Shown piece after piece: positions 24,781 through 36,864 of a stretch of 64,000 bases of DNA. Both the position numbers and the translations under genes were made by a program. Under the pieces are notes generated by a model. The model did no database searches, was not told the origin of the DNA, and worked only from the letters and a program-made list of their open reading frames with translations. Within the stretch, counting starts at the first letter, position 1. Every line of letters begins with the position of its first letter. The stretch comes from Octopus sinensis (lineage: Eukaryota): NCBI RefSeq assembly GCF_006345805.1, contig NC_043020.1, positions 11,160,001-11,224,000 on the forward strand, written 5' to 3'.

Positions 24781-25244
24781 TATATATATATAAAAATATA
24801 TATATATCGCGGGCATGGCTGTGTGGTTAGGGAGCTTGCTTCCTAGCTACATGGTTTCGGGTTCAGTCCCACTGCGTGGCACTTTGGGTAGGTGTCTTCC
24901 ACTATAGCCTGGAGCCGACCGAAGCTTTGTGAATTCGGAAGGCGGAAGTTACTGCCGTGTGTGTATGTGTGCATATAGTGGCTCAGTGCCTCTCCAAAAG
25001 ACAGAGAGAGGGTATGTATGTTTGTATGTATGTGTATATATATGGCCCAACATCCTGTGCATTCAAGATATTGACCTGAAATTCGGTCACCTTATGTCGA
25101 CTTTCATCCTTTCAGGGTCGATAAATTAAGTACCAGTTACGCACTGGGGTCGAAATAAACAACATGCAGTTTGATGCTGGAAAATTTCAAGCACTGCACT
25201 ATCAACTCATGAATGCACTACAACCTGCATGTATAGGACCCAAA

Positions 25245-25645
25245 GGCGTAGGAGTGGCTGTGTGGCAAGTAGCTTGCTTACGAACCACATTGTTTTGGGT
25301 TCATTCCTACTGCGTGGTACCTTGGGCAAGTGTCTTCTACTATAGCCTCGGGCCGACCAATGCCTTGTGAGTGGATTTGGTAGATGGAAACTGAAAGAAG
25401 CCCGTCGTATATATGTATATATATGTATGTGTGTGTGTTTGTGTGTCTGTGTTTGTGCCCCCAACATCGCTTGGCAACCGATGCTGGTGTGTTTACGTCC
25501 CCGTCACTTAGCGGTTCGGCAAAAGAGACCGATAGAATAAGTACTAGGCTTACAAAGAATAAGTTCCGGGGTCGATTTGCTCGACTAAAAGGTGGTGCTC
25601 CGGCATGGCCACAGTCAATTGACTGAAACAAGTAAAAGAGTAAAG
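25245..25645 (+). mobile_element. tRNA-derived SINE family A (CORE-like CCTTGGGCAAG); other copies about 95-460+, 2325-2445+, 3520-4160-, 20145-20570-, 27004-27890-, 34137-34590+, 35505-35985-, 38853-39238+, 43420-43880-, 56895-57055
   Basis: More than 10 near-identical dispersed copies with A/B-box-like head, internal (TA/TG)n and AAAGAGT tail. Confidence 0.85.
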
Positions 25646-26447
25646 GCAATGCAATCCAAGAGATAAAAGAGATAAGCCAAAAGAAACAAAACCACTGCCA
25701 TTATCATCACTGCTTTTCCTTTTCTTCATATATTGGATTTTTTTTGTTTTAAGAGCTTTGCAACCATTACCACCCCACCCCAGCCCCCAACACAACCGCC
25801 ATCATAACCACCACTACCACCACCGTCACCATCACTACTACCACTATCACCACCACCACCATTACCTCCACGCCGTTCAAGAATTTGGACCTGGAGATCT
25901 CCATTTCCAGCGACTTCGAGGGCCACCTCCCAGTGGTGTTGGGCGTCAACGAAGAGCCCTCGACTACAACAAGACGACCATCCGAGTGTGCTGGTGGCAT
26001 GTAAAAGCACCCACTACACTCTCGGAGTGGTTGACGTTAGGAAGGGCTACCAGCTGTATAAACTCTGCCAAGTTTATATTTTTCTAAGGTCTGGGTTCTC
26101 CCACCCCTAAGCCCTGGACTATCACCTAATCACCCTTACCCATCTTGTTGCTTAACAACAGCAACAACAATCACCAACACCAGTACTACCACCATCACCA
26201 CCACCATCATCACCAACACCAGCCGTTCAAGAATTTGGACCTGGAGATCTCCATTTCCAGCGACTTCAAGGGCCACCTCCCAGTGGTGGCGGGCGTCAAC
26301 AAAGAGCCCTTCAACTACAAGACAACCAAAGTTTTTTTTTTTCCAAGGTCTGGGGTCTCCCGCCCCTAAGCCCTAGACCATCACCTAATCACCCTTACCC
26401 GTCTTGTTGCTTAACAACAACAACAACAAAAAATCAGCACCAGCAGC

Positions 26448-26483
<36 letters not shown>

Positions 26484-26781
26484 TAAAGCAGCAGTAGCAG
26501 CTGTCCAAGAATTTGGACCTGGAGATCTCCATTTCCAGCGACTTCAAGGGCCACCTCCCAGTGGTGATGGGCGTCAACAAAGAGCCCTTCAACTACAACA
26601 AGACGACCAAAGTTATTTTTTTTTTCCAAGGTCTGGAGTCCCTTGCCCCTAAGCCCAAGACCATCACCTAATCACCCTTACCCGTCTTATTGCTTAACAA
26701 CAACAACAACAATCACCACCACCATCACTGTATGTTATGGGTTTTCTGTAATTGTTCTCTCTTTCATATTTTTTATTAAAG

Positions 26782-26918
26782 GTACCTTGCTGAAAGTTAT
26801 GCTAAGAACCACAAAATAATGAGTAGCAACCACAGCACCTGTGGAATGGCCAATGATCAGAACTTTGGAATTCAAGACGGTATTACAAATGGTGGAGATT
26901 GGTATTCTGTGTCCAGAG
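26782..26918 (+). CDS. CPE: CPE-like exon
   Basis: taaag/gtatat boundaries; (R)YLAESYAKNHKIM...QDGITNGGDWYSVSR(G); phase 2/1 matches both neighbours. Confidence 0.93.
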
Positions 26919-28256
26919 GTATATTGACATCATTATTATTATCATCACCACCACCACCTCCACCACCACCACCTCCACCATCATCATTGCCATTTTTATT
27001 ACTATCTTTTACTCTTTTACTTGTTTCAGTCATTTGACTGCGGCCATGCTGGAGCACCGCCTTTAGTCGAGCAAATCGACCCCGGGACTTATTGTTTTTT
27101 TTTTGTCTCTCAGAGTTCTTGGTCTTGTTTGCTCTGGTCGATTCTGTGAGAGTGGACAGTAACCTGGGTCTCAAGGGGTCACTTTCCACACATCATAGGT
27201 TTTGGTTATTGGTTATTCTTTTATTTGTATCAGTCATTTGACTGCGGCCATGCTGGAGCACCACCTTTAGTCGAGCAAATCGCCCCCAGGACTTATTCTT
27301 TGTGAGCCTACTACTTATTCTGTCGGTCTCTCTTGCCGAACCTCTAAGTGACAGGGACGTAAACGCACCAGCACCGGTTGTCAAGTGATGTTGGGGGGAC
27401 AAACATATATATATATGTAGTGGAGGCACAATGGCCCAGTGGTTAGGGCAGCGGACTTGCGGTCGTAGGATCGCGGTTTCGATTCCCAGACTGGGCGTTG
27501 TGTTTATTGAGCGAAAATACCTAAAGCCCCACGAGGCTCCAGCAGGGGGTGGTGGCGATCCCTGCTGTACTCTTTCACCGCAACTTTCTCTCACTCTTTC
27601 TTCTGTTGGCCTGCTCGCTTAGCCAGCGGGGTGGCATCATTTGAAGGCTAAAACAATGCGAAGCGCATTGTGACCAGCGATGTGTAGCAACATCTGATAG
27701 CCTGGTCGGTCACAGTGACAGTGATATATATATACGATGGGCTTCTTTCAGTTTCCATCTACCAAATCCATTCACGAGGCTTTGGTCAGTCCGAGACTAT
27801 AGTAGAAGACACTTGCCCAAGATGCCATGCAGTGGGACTGAACCCAGAACCATGTGGTTGGTAAGCAAGCTACTTACCACACAGCCACCCTCCCTCTACC
27901 TATGAATGTTTCTCCTGAAATAAGATGTTATATACAGGCAGATGGATATCAGCATCCCTTTTATAATATAAGAGGATATAAGATAAGCTAACAAAATAAG
28001 ATTATAAATTACTGGCTTAAAAGCCACACTCCTTGGCAGACTTTTAAATTAGCTGCTGCAAAGGGCTAATTGGGCCTGGATCCCAAAACTAAAGAGAGCT
28101 AAATAGCATGATTATAATATGTTTTTAATGGCTATATGCTCCAGTGGTGTTTGATCAGAGGTTAAGGACTGATAAGAATTCTGTAATGCTATCATTCTAA
28201 TGTTCCAGTTTCCAAGTTGAATTCCAACTGTTGACCAATTTGTCCCAAAGTTCTTA

Positions 28257-28646
28257 TCTCTTCTCTCTCTATATAAACGGCAGTTTGTCTGTGTGTGTTT
28301 CTGTGTGTCTGTTTGGTTGTACCCTCACCCTGACCACTGCTTTCAACCGATTCTGATGAAACTTGACACACACATAGCCCAATGTCATAATTCAAAACTA
28401 ACGCAGCGAAAATTTTGAAAAGTTCCCCCAGTTCTGAAAAAAATCGATAAATTCGACATGGGGTCGAGAATCAGAAACACAAACCACAGACTGTCTAGGG
28501 GACGCAACTCGACCTTTTTTAACTCTCAAAAAAAATTTACCATCATTTTTTTTCCATTTTTTTGCTATTTTTTGGCTATAACTCTCTAAAAATGCTTTAT
28601 AGTTATTTCCCTTACAAACCCGAGCAACGCCGGGTGATACTGCTAG
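28257..28646 (+). mobile_element. Helitron variant, different body with the same 3' end
   Basis: cccgagcaacgccgggtgatactgCTAG-t terminus; 5' body unrelated to the 14-21 kb copies. Confidence 0.7.
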
Positions 28647-28689
28647 TCTCAACATAAAATTAATGAAGAGAATGTCATTTATCTCCCCT

Positions 28690-29028
28690 TCGATCTCTGA
28701 TGTCATCTGACAAATACCAACCAAGATGGTGTGGATCAGCCAAGCTTTACCTGCTAGAAATAGAAACCCAAATGCTTTTAAATCAGGTTCCAATGCTGGA
28801 TGTTCAAGACGGCATCGAAAGGAATCTAAAGGAAACTGAAATACAGTGTCCAGTAGAACTGTTACAAAAGGTTTGCTTCCTTAGCATGGCCTGGATAATC
28901 AGAAAAGTATTAGATAGTTGAAAAGAGCAGATATCATTGTACTGTAGGTTGCAGGCAGCAAGCCCGCTATGCATGCAAAACTCCAGGAATTCCAACAAAA
29001 CCTGAGTTAAAAATAATAATAATAATAA
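28690..29028 (+). pseudogene. R4/Dong-like (RLE) retrotransposon 3' end
   Basis: DKYQ...NLKETEIQCPVELLQKVCFLSMAWIIRKVLDS* followed by a (TAA)n tail. Confidence 0.6.
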
Positions 29029-30264
29029 TGAAATTTCCCTGGCTGTACCAGGCTCCAATCTGATCTGGCAGAGTTTCTACAGCTGGATGCCCTTCCTAAT
29101 GCCAACCACTCCGAGAGTGTAGTGGTTGCTTTTATGTGCCACCAGCATCCTCGGATGGTGCTATTAGCACTCCACTAGCACGGATGCTATGAACGAAAGC
29201 ACTCAATGCATGCTGTAAAGTGGTTGGTATTAAGAAGGGCATCCAGCTGTAGAAACCATTCTGAACCAGATATTGGAGTATGAGGCTGTTCTGGGACCCA
29301 TCAGATCCTGTCAAACTGTCCATGCATGTCAACATGGGAGTGGGATGTTGAATGGTGATGATAAAGATGGTCCCACGCACACAGGCGGTACTGGCAATGG
29401 CCACGCTCAAATGGTGTTTTTTACGTGCCACTTGCACAAGAGCCAGTCCAGTGGCATTGGCAACAACCTCGTTTGAATGTTTTTTCACATACCACCGGCA
29501 CAAGTGCCAGTATGGCAGCGTAGGTAATGATCACACTCAAATGGTGCTTTTTACGTACCACTGGCATGGAAACCATTTAGCTGCTCTGGCAACGATCACG
29601 CTCGGATGGTGCTCTTAGCGCTCCACTAGCACGGATGCCAGTCATCGAATTTAATTTCGATCTCACTTGCCTCAACAGGTCTTCGCAAGCAGAGTTTAGT
29701 GTCCAATGAAGGAAAGGTACGCATAAGTGGGCTGGTTACACCCCTGGCATAGGTCACGAGGTTATGGTCTCACTTGGCTTGCCAAGTCTTCATCATCATC
29801 ATCATCATCATCGTTTAGCGTCCGCTTTCCATGCTAGCATGGGTTGGACGGTTCAACTGGGGTTTGGGAAGCCAGAAGGCTGCGCCAGGCCCAGTCTGAT
29901 CTGGCAGTGTTTCTACAGCTAGATGCCCTTCCTAACGCCAACCACTCCATGAGTGTAATGGGTGCTTTTTACGTGCCACCTGCACAGGTGCCAGACGAGG
30001 CTGGCAAACGGCCACGATCGGATGGTGCTTTTTACGTGCCACCACTAAATCATTATTTTTATTTCGTCAACCAATCATTTCCATGATTGTTTGTCTGTCT
30101 AATTGATTGTCTCAATGTCTCACTGATTGTTAATTTGACTGATTAAAAGTTTAGTTATTGATTTTTTTTTTTTATTGATTATTTAATCAACCAGTTGTCT
30201 TCCTGCTTATTTAATAGCCAATTGCTAGTGTGATGGTTTCACTGATTGCTTGTGTTCTCCACAG

Positions 30265-30404
30265 GAATGCAAGACTATAACTACCTGGAGACAAACTGTT
30301 TTGAGATCACCTTGGAACTTGGCTGTGATAAGTTCCCACCAGCTTCACAACTGAAAAAATATTGGAATGACAACAAGAACGCTCTAATTGCATACATGAT
30401 GCAG
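30265..30404 (+). CDS. CPE: CPE-like exon with catalytic Glu
   Basis: ccacag/gtaatt boundaries; (G)[24 protein letters not shown]...[14 protein letters not shown]; phase 1/0. Confidence 0.95.
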
Positions 30405-30544
30405 GTAATTAAATATTCCACCCTAACCCATCGTGTACCCACAGTTAAAAATTTCCATCTATGTTTCTATACTCCATACATATGACATTTAAATCCCGCC
30501 AACTTTTTACTGTACCTTCATACCTTTCTTAGTGATATCATTAC

Positions 30545-30704
30545 TTATCATCATCATCATCACATCATCACCACCATCACCACCATCATCATCATCACCA
30601 CCATCATCATCATCATCACCTTCATCATCACCATCATCATCATCATCATCCTCATCATCACCATCATCATCACCATCACCATCATCATCACCATCATCAT
30701 CATC

Positions 30705-30778
<74 letters not shown>

Positions 30779-30787
30779 CATCATCAT
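30545..30787. repeat. (CAT/CAC)n microsatellite
   Basis: Direct inspection. Confidence 0.95.
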
Positions 30788-30974
30788 AAGTTTGATTCAT
30801 TGAATATAGGTGCAGTAGCGGCTGTGTGGTAAGAAGTTTGCTTCCCAACCACATTACTGAGATGTTTACAAACTTAGCATTTTTCTCCTCATCTTATCTG
30901 TGATATCAATGTGTTCTTATTAAATCCATAATCCTATCAGATAAGCCATTTGTAAGCATAGCAGCGAAACCAAC

Positions 30975-31790
30975 CCAGCCCTAACTGCAAAATAAATCAG
31001 CAAGACCAGCCCTAACCCTACCAGTAAGGCCTTAACCCTTCTAACTAGGCCCTAACTCTTCCAGCAAGGCCATAACCATACTAACAAGGCTCTAACCATA
31101 CCAGCAAGGATTTAATTCTACAATCAAGGCCCCTAACCCTACCAGTAAGGCCTTAACCCTTCTAACTAGGCCCTAACTCTTCCAGCAAGGCCATAACCAT
31201 ACTAACAAGGCTCTAACCATACCAGCAAGGATTTAATTCTACAATCAAGGCCCTAACCCTACCAGTAAGGCCTTAACCCTTCTAACTAGGCCCTAACTCT
31301 TCCAGCAAGGCCATAACCATACTAACAAGGCTCTAACCATACCAGCAAGGATTTAATTCTACAATCAAGGCCCTAACCCTACCAGCAAAACGCTTACCTC
31401 ACCAGTAAGATTGACCCTTACCCTACTAGTAAGGCTAACTCTAACCATTCTAGCAAGGCTAAACTTAACCCTACCTGAAAAACCCTTACCTCACCAGTAA
31501 GATTGACCCTTACCCTACTAGTAAGGCTAACTCTAACCATTCTAGCAAGGCTAAACTTAACCCTACCTGCAAAACCCTTACCTCACTAGTAAGATTGACC
31601 CTTACCCTACTAGTAAGGCTAACTCTAACCATTCTAGCAAGGCTAAACTTAACCCTACCAGCAAAACCCTTACCTCACCAGTAAGATTGACCCTAACCCT
31701 ACTAGTAAGGCTAACTCTAACCATTCTAGCAAGGATAAACCTAACCCTACCTGCAAAGCCCTAACCTTACCAGTAAGGCCAACATTAACT
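30975..31790. repeat. CCCTAA-rich satellite with higher-order structure
   Basis: About 20-bp monomers; about 120-bp unit x3 (31021, 31142, 31262) then 92-bp unit x4 (31393, 31485, 31577, 31669). Confidence 0.9.
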
Positions 31791-32581
31791 GTATCATCAA
31801 GGCTGTCCATGTATTGTACCAACGGATCCTGACCAGCCCTACCAGAAATACCAAACCCTAATCCTAAGCCATTCTGCAGTGCAGCTAGAGTGTTTGCCAT
31901 CTGGGGAAGCCCTTGAGTTTGCCACCCTCAGGATCCTCGCAACTCTGTACAGATTTATACAGCAGATCCAAAAGTACTGCAGCCCTAAAAGCATCATTCA
32001 GGGTGGATCCCCACTCCGTCCCACCTCACCCACCAATTACACTTCTGAAGCCATCCCAACTCTGCAATAAACCCAACCATAATCCAACAAGGAAGCTGAA
32101 CATTATCCTAAGCCAGCTCAGTGAGCTTGAAAAAGAAAGCTTCCCCACCTTCACTAGCTCAACCCAGCTAACTCAATTCTATAAACCAGTGGTTCTCAAC
32201 TTGGGTCCATATAGCCCCTGGGGTGGGGGGGTCCATGTAAGATTTTTGCTGGTCCATGCAACAAAATAGTAAGTTGGGCATTCATCAATAGTATTTTAAG
32301 AGTCCCTGAAAGCATTTTGCTTTAGATATATGTATTGCAAGAGACAGCTAGGTTTCCTTCCTTAACATTTTACACAAGTTAATGTGTGAAGAGCAAAATA
32401 GGGAATTTTGAAAGTAGCATCTATAAAACTAGCTTTTAAACATCGAAAGGCTAGGGGCTTCTACCAGAATAAAATAGTAATCAAAAGGGTCCGTAGATGA
32501 AAAGTGGTTGAAAACCACTGTTATACTCAAAGCCAAACCCACTATTGTCATGTGATTTTAAAAAAAATTTTCTCTTTTCAG

Positions 32582-32702
32582 AGTCACATTGGTTTGAAGG
32601 GTTTTGTCCTAAACAGTATGACCAAGGAACCGATTAATGATGCAACAGTGAAAGTTCTTAATATGACAGATGGACAATATATAAACCATGATATTACTTC
32701 AG
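32582..32702 (+). CDS. CPE: CPE-like exon, start of C-terminal transthyretin-like domain
   Basis: tttcag/gtaata boundaries; SHIGLKGFV...INDATVKV...INHDITS(G); phase 0/1. Confidence 0.93.
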
Positions 32703-32899
32703 GTAATACAAATATTTGTACTCCATAACCAATGTAAAGATATCTGTAAGGGTGTTGTTTTTGTTGTTGTTGTTGTTTATCTTTCTCAAGAACCAGTTCA
32801 GGGCATTGGGTTGGCAGAATTGTTAGGGTGTAAGAGAGGAGATGGATTGCAGTTCTTTACATTCTGATTTCTGATTCCTCTACTGATATTGAGTCTAAA

Positions 32900-32931
<32 letters not shown>

Positions 32932-35170
32932 AAGAGACAGATCAGATAGACAGGCAGCAGGCAGACAAAGAGCAGGGTGGAGACACTAATTATAAAACTC
33001 CATTAACCCTCTCGTTAACGTCAACGTCAACATCAAAATAAAAATTCAAATGGAAATTGTAGTTAAGACACCCGTGCCGGTGACACGTAAAAAGCACCGT
33101 CGGAACGTGGCAGATAGTAGCATCGCCTGACCGGCATCCATGTCGGTGACACGTAAAAGCACCAACTGATCATGGCTGTTTACCAGCCTGCTTGGCCCCT
33201 GTGCCGGTGGCACGTAAAAAAACACCCACTACACTCATGGAGTGGTTGGCGTTAGGAAAGGCTGTAGAAACACTGCCAAATCAGACTGGAGCCTGGTGCA
33301 GCCTCCATGGCTTACCAGACCCCAGTTGATCTACCCAACCCATGCTAGCATGGAAAATGGATGTTAAACGATGATGATAATGATGATATATATATAGCGC
33401 CGCCTTGACTGGCTTCTGTGCCGGTGGCACGTGAAAAGCACCCACTACACTCATGGAGTGGTTGGCATTAGGAAGGGCATCCAACTGTAGAAACACTGCC
33501 AAATCAGACTGGGCCTGGCGCAGCCTACTGGCTCCCCAGACCCCGGTTGAACCGTCCAACCCAAGCTAGCATGGAAAGCAGACGTTAAATGATGATGATG
33601 ATGATGATGTTACTGTATTTATTTTGAGATGCTCTGTGTTTCTTTCAATTACTTTAAATATAACTAAGAATTTAGTAAAATAACTTAGTTATCATTCAGC
33701 TAGTGTTAGGAACATAAATTGTGATTAAGGTTTGGTGGAAAATGTTAATTCGAAACTTATGAAAACAAAACATTTGTACTCAGATCCAGAGCCGGTTTCA
33801 GCCGGGTTGGTAACGAAAGGGTTAAACTCATAAAACTCAGTGTGGTATGAGTTTATAAGAGGCTTGAGCATCAAGGGGTAGCTGTAGTATTCATAAAGAA
33901 AGTCCGAGGGTGGGAAACATTTGTAAAAATTCCAGAAACTCCAAAGACAGAAAAGCTATGAGGATGACTTAACTTGAATAAGAAACATCCATTCAATTCC
34001 TAAATATCTTCATTTACAGACACACACACACACACACACATACATGTGTAAGCATATACACACACACATATACATGTGTAAGCATATACACACACACACA
34101 CACAAATGCTCAGAAATATTCTTAATCAGAAACATAGGTGCAGGAGTGGCTGTGTGGTAAGTAGCTTGTTTACCAACCATATGGTTCCGGGTTCAGTCCC
34201 ACTGCGTGGCACCTTGGGCAAGTGTCTTCTACTATAGCCTCGGGCCGACCAAAGCCTTGTGAGTGGATTTGGTAGATGGAACCTGAAAAGAAGCCCGTCA
34301 TATATATGTATATGTATGTGTGTGTGTGTGTGTATATATATATGTGTGTGTGTATATATATATATGTGTGTGTGCGTGTATGTTTGTGTTTGTCCCCCTA
34401 GCATTGTTTGACAACCGATGCTGGTATGTTTATGTCCCCGTTACTTTGCGGTTCAGCAAAAGAGACCGATAGAATAAGTACTGGGCTTACAAAAAGAATA
34501 AGCCCCGGCGTCGAGTTGCTCGATTAAAGGCGGTGCTCCAGCATGACCGCAGTCAAATGACTGAAACAAGTAAAAGAGTAAAGAGTATAGAGGGAAGATG
34601 ATGATATTGGAGATGTTGAATGTAGAATCAGGAAATTGAAGCTGTTTATTCATGCCTTGGTGAATAAACGTCTCTAGATGAAACATCGACATCAATAGCT
34701 ACAACAACAGCTACGTGGAGGCGCAGTGGCCCAGTGGTTAGGGCAGCAGACTTGCGGTCGTAAGAACGTGGTTTCGATTCCCAGACCGGGCATTGTGAGT
34801 GTTTATTGAGCAAAAACACCTAAGTTCTACGAGGCTCTGGCAGGTGGCGGGGTGAACCCCGCTGTACTCTTTCACCACAACTTTCCCTCACTCTTTCCTC
34901 ATACTTCTGCCACAAAGCAGAGGAACCATGGTATAACCCACTATGTTGTGGTAAAACTTTCAAACCCTAGTCTAGATTGCGAATCCTCTGTACCCCAGGA
35001 TGGTTCAGCTCTCCACCCGTTAAAAGCCACCATTTACGGAATGAGGATAAGAAAGTAGCCCGTGTAACTGCCAGTCTATCGCGTGTGGTGGGCGGATTTT
35101 CAAGTTGCCGCATTCGTTCTTAGTAGCTTAGAGGAGGCTCGAATTAGAGATTATTATCTGTGGCTAATGG

Positions 35171-35388
35171 AAGAAGAAGAAGAAGAAGAAGAAGGAGGAG
35201 GAGGAGGAGAAGAAGAAGGAGGAGAAGAGGAAGAAGATGAAGGAGAAGAAGAAGAAGAAGAAGGAGAAGAAGAAGAAGAAGAAGAAGAGAAGAAGAATGA
35301 GAAGAAGGAGGAGAATGAGAAGAAGAAGGAGAAGAAGAAGAATGAGAAGAAGAAGAAGAAGGAGGAGAATGAGAAGAAGAAGAAGAAG
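35171..35388. repeat. (GAA/GGA)n microsatellite
   Basis: Direct inspection. Confidence 0.95.
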
Positions 35389-36177
35389 AAACAGTTACTG
35401 CAGTTATTGGTGTTGTTGTTGTTGTTGTTATGGTTATATTTGAACTTTTTAAAGATTGGTGAATTGGCAGAATCAGGTAAAGCATCAGTCAAAGTACATT
35501 TACTCTTTTACTCTTTTACTTGTTTCAGTCATTTGACTGCAGCCATGCTGGAGAACCGCCGTTAGTCGAGCAACTCGGCCCCGGGACTTATTCTTTGTAA
35601 GCCCAGTACTTATTCTATCGGTTTCTTTTTGCCGAACCGCTAAGTGACGGGGACGTAAACACACCAGCATTGGTTGTCAAGCAATGCTAGGTAGACAAAC
35701 ACAGACACACAAACACATACACGCACACACACACACACACATATATATATAATATATATGACGGGCTTCTTTCAGTTTCTGTCACAAGGGTTTGGTCGGC
35801 CCGAGGCTATAGTAGCATTTCCAATCATTTCCATGATTGTTTGTCTGTCTAATTGATTGTCTCAATGTCTCACTGATTGTTAATTTGACTGATTAAAAGT
35901 CCCAAGGTGCCACGCAGTGGGACTGAACCCGGAACCATGTCGTTGGTAAGCAAGCTACTTACCACACAGCCACTCCTGCGCCTCAGTATTTAGTTGCAAC
36001 CCTTTCTAGTAACTAGTATGTGTAACATTTATCTATGCATAAGTGGAGTCCTTTACATGCAGCCCTTTTCATTCTGGGTTCACATTCCACAACGGTTAAC
36101 TTTGTCCTTGTTCCTGGGTCAGTTAAACAAACTACTAAGTACTAATACTTTTATTTGATTGTTTTCCTCCTATTCTC

Positions 36178-36504
36178 CCCACCACCACCACCACCATCAC
36201 CACCACCACCATCACCATCACCACCACCACCACCATCACCACTATCACCACCACCACCATCACCACCACCACCACCACCATAACCATCACCACCACCACC
36301 ATCACCACCACCATCACCACCACCACTATCACCACCACCACCATCATCACCACCATCACCACCACCACCATCACCACCACCACCATCAACACTACCACCA
36401 CCACCACCACCACTACCATCACCACCACCATCACCACCACCATCACCACCACCACATCACCACCACCACCATCAACACTACCACCACCACCACCACCACC
36501 ACCA
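36178..36504. repeat. (CAC/CAT)n microsatellite
   Basis: Direct inspection. Confidence 0.95.
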
Positions 36505-36631
36505 AATAGTGTACCACTTAAGGTACTGTGTTAAATTATTTAGCTCTTGTTCTTTTGATCACCACCAAATGTGTGACGTTGAGCAAAAGTCAAAAGAAGC
36601 CGTAATTTGAACTCTCGATCTCATGTTTCAG

Positions 36632-36864
36632 GTCACTATGGAGATTACTACCGACTAATGATTGATGGCTTCTATGAAGTTGAGGTGACGGCTAAGGGCT
36701 ACCACCCTCACACCCGCTGCCAAAGAGTCCAGAACAAACCCCTGCATGAAGCTGTTGAACTGAATTTTGAGTTGCTTTCACTGCATTACCCAAGCCAAAG
36801 AAACGTCCAGGACATTTTGCACTGCGACCAGCTGCGGGCTCTTGCCAGGAACCAACGAAATAAG
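36632..36864 (+). CDS. CPE: CPE-like penultimate coding exon (read-through would end NKVV* at 36873)
   Basis: tttcag acceptor; (G)HYGDYYRLMIDGFYEVEVTAKGY...VELNFEL...QRNK; donor aag/gtggtt, phase 1/0. Confidence 0.9.

Noticed and set aside
26504-26608. Resemblance of PVVMGVNKE to the GAPDH xVMGVNxE motif
   Set aside because: Too short; the flanking ISAP and SNASCTT motifs are missing, so no identity is assigned.
30507-36509. Asp-, Glu/Lys-, Ser- and His-rich ORFs at 30507-30854, 35083-35565, 36135-36509 (also 47990-48389)
   Set aside because: Trinucleotide microsatellites, open in several frames by composition.
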